Assembly (NCBI GenBank): GCA_963575745.1
Contig: CAUYUJ010000283.1
Coordinates: 62,001 to 115,917, forward strand
DNA length: 53,917 bases
Direction of reading: 5' to 3'
Origin: Prorocentrum cordatum
Taxonomy: Eukaryota
Shown: in pieces, positions 47,003 through 53,917 of the stretch
How positions within the stretch are numbered: the stretch's first letter is position 1
Layout: every line of letters starts with the position of its first letter
Notes under the pieces: model-generated
The model's database searches: none
The model's input: only the letters and a program-made list of their open reading frames with translations
Told to the model about the DNA's origin: nothing
Program-made: the position numbers and the translations under genes

Positions 47003-50000
47003 TGTACCGACACCCATCAAGCCCATCGGGAGCATGACGTTCGACGAGATTCTCAGTGCGACGATCCAGAAGACCCGTTTTCACTAGGGCCGGATCGGAG
47101 CCCTGAGATCAAAAGGGATGTTTTTCTCTCGTCGGCGCCAGGCCATGCGATCCTTGACCTCGGATGCGCCAAGGGCATGGTGGGCGCGGAGACCTTCGAG
47201 CAGCACTGCCGACGACTCCGACGGGATCATGGACTACAGCCAGTGCGTCTACCCGATGCCCCGCAGGTATCTCTTCGCTTCGGCAACGATGGCAGCCAGT
47301 CGTCAGTGGGCGAGGTGCTACTGCCGAGTGGGATCCTGGGCAGGAACGCGGTCACGAAGTGGTCTTTGGTGCCAGGTTCGGCGCCTTTCCTCGTGTCCAA
47401 GCAGCAGATCAAGGCCATGAAGTCCCAGATTAACACCACCAGGGACACAGCTACCACTGCCGATCTGCCGGAGTGTACACTTCCCACAGGTGCTGGCGGC
47501 CACTACGTTCTTTCCCTGACCGAGTTTGACCCCAAGGGTTTCCGTGACAACCTGGACCCGATGATCAGCGACCCCGAGGTCACTATCTACATGGCGGTCG
47601 CCGCTACGGAGAAGCAGCCAAACGTGATCCCCGCTCCCGAGGGGTCGGCAGGCGACATCGAGGACATGACCATGTGCGACAGGGCTGGAGGTCCACCACC
47701 TACACTTCCAAGGGAAGCTGAGGATGCTGCTCGCATCATTCTCGGCGACAACCATGACCGGTGCCTGGCGACGATAGCACCAGCGGATCTCGACCTTATG
47801 CCAGCTGACCGGCAGGAGCGTATCGAGCCCCGTGTCGAGTCTACTGCCGATGCTGAGGATGACGCTGGTATCTCCGAGGACCTGATCGACGAGCTCGCGG
47901 AGGCCTATCCTCCATCGGGTGATGCCACTGGCGAGCTCACCCGCCGACAGCGACGACGATTGGCGAAGGACATCACCACGGTCACCGCGCAGCTGCGGCG
48001 CGCGGGACTCTTCGAGTTGTTCAGCCCTGAGCGAGTGGGTCCGAAGGCCGAGCTCAAGGGTCTGGGCCCAGCAAAGGCCCTGGACCTGACCACCGGCTGG
48101 GACCTCCTGCGCGCAGATCACCGTCGAGAAATGTGGCGACAACTGGCTGAAGATCAACCTGAGTGGGTTGGCATGTCGCCACCCTGTACGTTGTTTAGCA
48201 TCCTGCAGTACATGAATAAGCAGAGGGATACTCCCGGATATCAGCGAGCGACGTTTGGCAAGCGCTCGGCTCCTACTTCGACTGTGCGTTCAGGTTGCCG
48301 AGTACCAACTGGCTCACGACCGTCACTTCTATATCGAGCAGCCACAGTCGGCGCAGTCGTGGAACGAGCCTGCGATGATCAGACTAAGGCGCCAGGACCG
48401 GGTGCATGAGGCAGTTGGCCACGGTTGTCAATATGGTTATCACGACGCGATCAGTGGCAAGCCCTATCGCAAGGCCTTCAGGCTCATCACTTCGAGTCCG
48501 GTGTTGGCTCAGGCTCTGTCTCGACGCTGCCCAGGCGACCATCACCACGAGACGATTCAAGGAGGAGCTGGAGGTGAACGACGGAGCGCAGCTTCTCAGC
48601 GCTATCCCCCCGCACTGATTAGGGCCATCGTGAGTGGGATGTCCAAGGAGTCGTCAGCTCTTTTTTCCGAGGTGGAGGTCGAGGAGTCGCTGCAGGCGAG
48701 GGCCGTGCTCTGGCAGGGTTTGGTCGAGGTCCACGCCCACGAATCTCTCATGGCGGAGGTGTTTGCCGCGCCCAAGAGGCGCAAGAAGGCTGATCAGGAC
48801 GTGGAGGAGCCGCCAGAGTCCCAAGCTGAAGCTCGAGATCGACGACGGAAGCTGGAGACGGCGGTCCGCAAGATCCATGTCAATCTTGGCCATCCTGCAG
48901 CTGGGGACCTGATCCGCATCCTCAAGCATGGTAACGCGACTGAGGAGGCCATCGCCATCGCGCGGGATTTCAAGCGCGACGTATGTGAACAGAACCGAGC
49001 TCCCAAGTTGCCACGGCCAGCGACGGTTCCCAGAGACATTCAGGTGTTGTCCGAGGTAGGCTTCGACGTCAAGGAGCTGCCGTACTACATCTCTGAGAAG
49101 ACTTGGGCCGCTCTGAACGTCGTGGACGGTGCCAGCTCTCTCCAACAGATGATGCCGCTGGCAGGTAATGAGGAGAACGGTGAGACTCTCAGGAAGGCCT
49201 GGGACGTGGGCTGGCGAAGGCCGCACGGAGCACCGGTCAGGGCCAAATGTGACTCGGCCCGGGCCAATACCGGTGCCATCATGTCCGAGGTGCTGGAGTG
49301 CGACGGAGAGGATTTCGACGTCATTCCAGGAGAAGCTCACTGGTTACTCGGAAAGGCTGAAAGACATGGCTCGTGGTTCGCCAACATACTGAGCAAGGTG
49401 ATCGAGACAGTCCAGCCGAAGAACCATCAGGAGTGGGAGCAATGCGTCAGTACAGTCTGTGATCAGAAGAACCGCCTCTTGAGGAAGCATGGGCACAATC
49501 CATGCCAACATGTGTTCGGACGTGATCCTCCTCTCCCGGCCGACCTTCTCAAGGATTCACCTGCCATCGTTGCGAACGGCTTGGCACTGCGCAGCGACGT
49601 CTACCAGCGGGCCACGGCTGTTCGGACTGCCGCCCGCATGGCTGTCCTGATGTACAGTGACGATGAGGCCATGAGAACAGCTCTGGACGCTCGACCTCGC
49701 CCCCTCCGAGAGTTTCGAGCAGGTGATCGGGTAGCCTACTGGCGGCGAGGTCGAGGCAAGGGCCGGCAGAATGACGGCAAGAATAATGCACGTTGGCATG
49801 GGAGGGCTACAGTCCTTGGCGAGGAAAATGGTCACTACTGGTTATCACACGCAGGTGCCCTGATTCGAGCAGCTCCCGAACGCCTTCGACATTCTACCCG
49901 CGAGGAGGAGTGGGCAGACTGGCATGTGCGTCAAGAGTTCAGGGCTGCCCAAGAGAAGTTCAATGGAAAGCAAGGCAACCCGGTCTACGTGGATCTGCCT

Positions 50001-52275
50001 GCTGAGAATCAAGGACAGGCGCCGGCTCCATCTGGCGACGGTCGTATCATCGTGGTGCCGGCGCCTCTGCCTGTCGGTCCTGAGCCTGCTCTACCTCCCG
50101 GGCCCGCTCTATCTGAGGACCGACCCCAGCCTGACGCTGGATCGACTGACAATGTGTTGGCTCCAGCTCCTGGGGACACCGGCCTCGAGGTGGACCAAGC
50201 CGCCAAGAGAAAGATCGACGAGCTGCAGGATCCGAGCCTAGTCGCCCGACGCGTGTTCGACATCGAGGGTAAGCCCTTGAAACGCCTGAGGGAGAAGACA
50301 GCAGTCCCGACTGAGGGTCTCACATCATCGGCGACATCTGGTCAAGCTATCACCATTGCTGTGCAGCCTGCCGTCGAGGAACCTCCGACTCGGCCAGCTG
50401 ATGCTCGGCAGGCGCTCCTGGACTCCGATCCAGAGCACGACGAGCTAGTGGCAGAGGCTGAGACGGAGGATCAGGACGTGATCATCCCTGCTGATGTCTG
50501 CCTGACCTCCATGGCGCGCACCGGCGAGCCCTGCTACGAGGCATTGCTGGCGAAGGGCCGCAAGGGGATCACCGAGAAGCTCCGCCCCGACCTCATCGAG
50601 GAGATCCTGAACGCCAAGATGACAGAGTGGCAGACCGTGGACCAGGAGAAGCATGCCGTACGTGTGTGCAGCTTGAAGGAGTCAGGTGAGATCAAGCGTA
50701 CCCGACCCGATCGGCTCGTTGACACACGTTTCGTCCTGACCATCAAGCACGACCCCGACGGCAAGGAAATGGTAAAGGCCCGCTGGGTTGCCAGAGGTTT
50801 CAAGGACCCGGACGCTCTCAAGCTCGTCTACTGGAACCAGACGGCCGCACCTACGGTATCGCAGAACGCTCGCATGCTGACACTTCAGCTGGCTGCATCA
50901 CATCAATGGCGACTTGAGATCGGAGACATCCGGGGCGCATTCAAGGAGAGCGACCCACTACAACGACCAGATGGACCACTCTACGCGAAGCAGCCACCTG
51001 GCGGCCTTCCTGGTCTTCATCCTGATCAGGTGGTGGAGCTTGTGATACCTCTGTATGGCTTGGATGACGCTCCTTGCCGCTGGTACTCGAAGATATCAGG
51101 TTGGCTTACAGATCAGACGGCTCACGAGTGCAGACCGTGGACGAAGTCACGCTTGGACCCCTGCCTCTTTCTCCTTCGCGATGCTCAGTGTAAGCTTTGT
51201 GGTATTATTGTGGTCCATGTTGACGATGTGTTGATCGCGGGTGAAGATGATTATTTTCATGAGGCGGTGCGGAGATTGAAGGGGAAATTCCCTTTCCGAA
51301 AGTGGGCTGTCGGTGAGGGTGAGTACTGTGGCAGTGTTCTCCACCAGGATCCGAAGACGTTTGACATCTCCATCCGCCAGACCACGCCTTACCAGGAGCT
51401 CAAGCCAGTGACAGTTCGACGACGGGTCGCGGACAATGAACCAGCTACTGAAGCGGAAGTTGCAGGACTTCGACGCTTACTTGGTCAAGGAGGCTGGCTC
51501 TGCAGTCAGACACGACCAGACACCAGTGTGCAGGTCTCTCAGGGACAACAAGTGCTGCCTCGACCGACTGTGGGTCAAACCAGACGGACCAATGCACTTG
51601 CACGACGGCTACTTCAACATAAGGATATGATGCTAATCGTGAAGAGCATCCCACCTCAGGAGCTGTGTATCATCATGCACCGTGACGCGTCCTTCCTGAA
51701 CGCTGCCAAGAACGGCACTCAGGCTGGGTACATCTTGGCCTTCACGACTCGCGAGATGGCGGAGGGCAAGAAGTCACCCTGGAGTCCAGCAGCCTGGCGA
51801 TCGTACCGTCTCAAACGCGTGGTGGGTTCTACCTTGGCAGGTGAGACACAGGCTCTGTCTGATGGCATTGGTCACCTCGAATGGTTGTTGTGCCATCTGG
51901 CCGAGGCCCTCTACGGGGACTTTGACATCAAGACGCGTGAGCGCTGGCTAGGTCGACATCCCTGCCTCGCAGTGACCGACTGCAAGAGCGTGTATGACCA
52001 CATCACTGGCGCTTCATCGCCATCCACAGTCGGAGATCGCAGAGTTGCCGTGGACATGGTCGTCGCTCGAGAAGGTTTGGCTCGATCCACAACAGCACTG
52101 AAGGTGGGCACCCACCGACCGCCAGCTGGCGGACGGGTTGACGAAAGACACTGCTGAGACTTGTGACTTGCTCAGGGGTGTCATCAGGACCGGATGCTGC
52201 CAGATCTCCGAGGAGAGCCTCATGCTGCAGTTGGCCGAGACGGAGCGGGAGCAGAGGAAGGTCATCGAGAAGTGA
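47003..52275 (+). pseudogene. pol: Pol: aspartic protease, C5-DNA-methyltransferase-like domain, integrase, RT, RNase H; frameshifts near 48245 and 52103
   Basis: PR: HAILDLGCAK (D at 47156). DNMT-like: ELFSP, SPPCTLFS, FYIEQP, CQYG, RYPPAL. IN: HVNLGHP, GFD, KCD, GKAERHG. RT: KARWVARGFKDP, DIRGAF, LYGLDDAP, DPCLF, VHVDD. RH: DASF, STLAGE, TDCKS and, after the shift, WAPTDRQLADGLTKD to TGA at 52273-52275. Confidence 0.93.
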
Positions 52276-52508
52276 CATCACCGCAGGGGGGACTGAGCTG
52301 TTTTCAGTCGTGTGTAGTTTTTGTTCTCGCGTTTCAAAGATACCCGCATGTGCGTTTTGGCCTGTTGGTGGAAAAAGCGGTTGCGACGAGTGCGTCTACT
52401 CTATGGGGGCAACCAACACCGATGCCAAGCACGTCTCCTATGTACCTTGTGGCTCAAGCATTTCTTTATGAGGCACCTCGTGTACGACCTTCCACACGGT
52501 GCTCAGAG

Positions 52509-53210
52509 ATGGTGCACTTTGTGGTTACTGGTGATCACGACACGTGTCGCACGTTTTTGAACACTTTAGGTTATGCGTCCACCGCTGGGGCAGTGGTCCA
52601 CAACAAGTCATCCACCAAGGCCAAGGTCAATGCGAGTGTCTTGCTGGGTTCCAAGTACGACAATCAGAAGATCGGCCTGACCTACACTCTGACGACCAAG
52701 CGTGTGCAGATCACCAGGCCCGCAGCTATCATCGATGCGGCCGAGATTATACTGGTCGATCAAGAGAATCGTTTCACCAACTTCATCGCAGCAGGAGACG
52801 ACAGTGAGTTTGCTGGTGCTCCTCCTGCTGCTTCTATTGCCATTGAAGCGCTGAAGGTATGGGCCGCTCATGACTATGAGGAGCCCACTACAGCAGAGGA
52901 GGCTTCGGAGCAGGTCAAGAAGCAGGAAAAGGACAGCCCTGACAGTCACGGGTTTCAGCATGTGACGGCGTCAGGTTGGACGTCTCGTCGTCTAGCTTTA
53001 TCCTCCCAGCAGGAGGTCATCATCGGAGAGATTCTGCAGGAGTCTCGCAGCAAGCTCGAGTGTCACCCAGAGCTGTACAATCGCCTCCGGTCTATTTTGA
53101 TCCATGAATTCACGAATTCCATCGAGGATGGTTTTGAGACGGCACCGCTGCCGTCCTGCAAGCCCGACGTGAGCATGGGAGAGGACAAGGCTGGGAAGTC
53201 CAAGCCTTGA
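52509..53210 (+). CDS. Extra ORF (233 aa from ATG 52509) between pol and the 3' LTR, function unknown
   Basis: Open, non-repetitive, sense-strand frame (MVHFVVTGDHDTCRTFLNTLG...); open from 52194. Confidence 0.65.
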   Translation: MVHFVVTGDHDTCRTFLNTLGYASTAGAVVHNKSSTKAKVNASVLLGSKYDNQKIGLTYTLTTKRVQITRPAAIIDAAEIILVDQENRFTNFIAAGDDSEFAGAPPAASIAIEALKVWAAHDYEEPTTAEEASEQVKKQEKDSPDSHGFQHVTASGWTSRRLALSSQQEVIIGEILQESRSKLECHPELYNRLRSILIHEFTNSIEDGFETAPLPSCKPDVSMGEDKAGKSKP

Positions 53211-53389
53211 GAATACGCTGAGCATGCAGCTGCTCGTGAATGACGACCAGGCGGGCAGCCCCGCCCTGCAGTTGTCCCCTTTCCTGTTTCCTCTCTTCCT
53301 CCTTCCTCTCTCCCTCGTGTGCTGTCAGCGTGCTCTACGATTTTGTCAGATAGCTCAGGAGACTTTAACGAACATTTAAGTTTTGGGAG

Positions 53390-53531
53390 TGACGATCCAG
53401 GGATCTTGTGGCCGTGACTTTCTCTTCGTCACTCCTGGCTATCCGTACGTGTAGCATTTGTGCTCAATGTGCCGCGGTGGTGCAAAATACATGAATCACA
53501 TCATTTACTCGTAACAACAGTTACTTCGACA
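53390..53531 (+). repeat. 3' LTR, preceded by short purine tract (ttttGGGAG)
   Basis: Direct repeat of 45788-45929. Confidence 0.97.
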
Positions 53532-53536
53532 CCCGG

Positions 53537-53917
53537 GGCGGGTCGCGGGGGAGGCCCCGGGGGCCACGCGGGGGGTGGCCCCTCCCCGGTGGACCGGAGG
53601 AACCCGAGGCCCCCGCCCTCCCGCCCGCTCACGCGGGGGGTCTCCGCCCTGCGCACCGGGAGAACTGGCTGCCCCCCGCCTCCCGGCCCCCGGTCCCCCC
53701 TGCGGACGGCAGGGGGACACAGGGGGGTTGCCCCCCCCTGTGGACAAGGGAAACTTGAGGCCCCCCCCAGCCCTTCCCCCCCCCCTTCCCCCCTGTGGAC
53801 AAGGGGGACAAAAGGGGATGGCCCCCTGTGTGCAAGTGGAACTCAGGACCCCTCCCCCCGCCTCCCCCTGTGGACAAAGGACCCCCCCCTTCCTTCCGAA
53901 TCCCCCCCCTTCCCGGA
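53537..53917 (+). repeat. G/C-run-rich flank with repeated ccccctgtggacaa
   Basis: The word recurs at ~53735, ~53790 and ~53865; similar G/C runs lie left of the 5' LTR. Confidence 0.6.

Larger units (their letters stand above)
45788..53531 (+). mobile_element. Full-length Ty1/copia LTR retrotransposon (7,744 bp), 5-bp TSD CCCGG, coding region disrupted
   Basis: 142-bp TG...CA LTRs; CCCGG at 45783-45787 and 53532-53536; domain order gag-PR-(DNMT-like)-IN-RT-RH. Confidence 0.97.

Overview
Eukaryotic, GC-rich, repeat-dominated DNA. The retroelement types, trinucleotide-filled introns and probable non-GT splice donors suggest a dinoflagellate (inference). I found no clear host housekeeping gene: the window is a stack of nested mobile elements. 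The main result is a 28,376-bp element (14986-43361) with perfect 32-bp terminal inverted repeats and a 4-bp GAAG target duplication. It splits a decayed Ty1/copia reverse transcriptase, and removing it rejoins the reading frame across the site (R-E-V-N-F-A-L-P-P-G-S-A-A). Inside it are (i) a frameshifted hAT-like DDE transposase with a possible BRCT-like tail, (ii) a multi-exon gene resembling a ParB-like domain fused to a beta-class N6/N4 DNA methyltransferase, (iii) two copies of a ~3.9-kb TA-flanked TIR element carrying a higher-order satellite, one with an inversion bounded by CATG sites, and (iv) several tandem arrays and hairpins. Outside it are a full-length but disrupted Copia LTR retrotransposon (45788-53531) with a C5-cytosine-methyltransferase-like domain and an extra 3' ORF, a DIRS-like retroelement fragment, LINE remnants and a small element repeatedly embedded in (GGA)n tracts. 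All protein calls come from motifs read by eye; no database searches were run.
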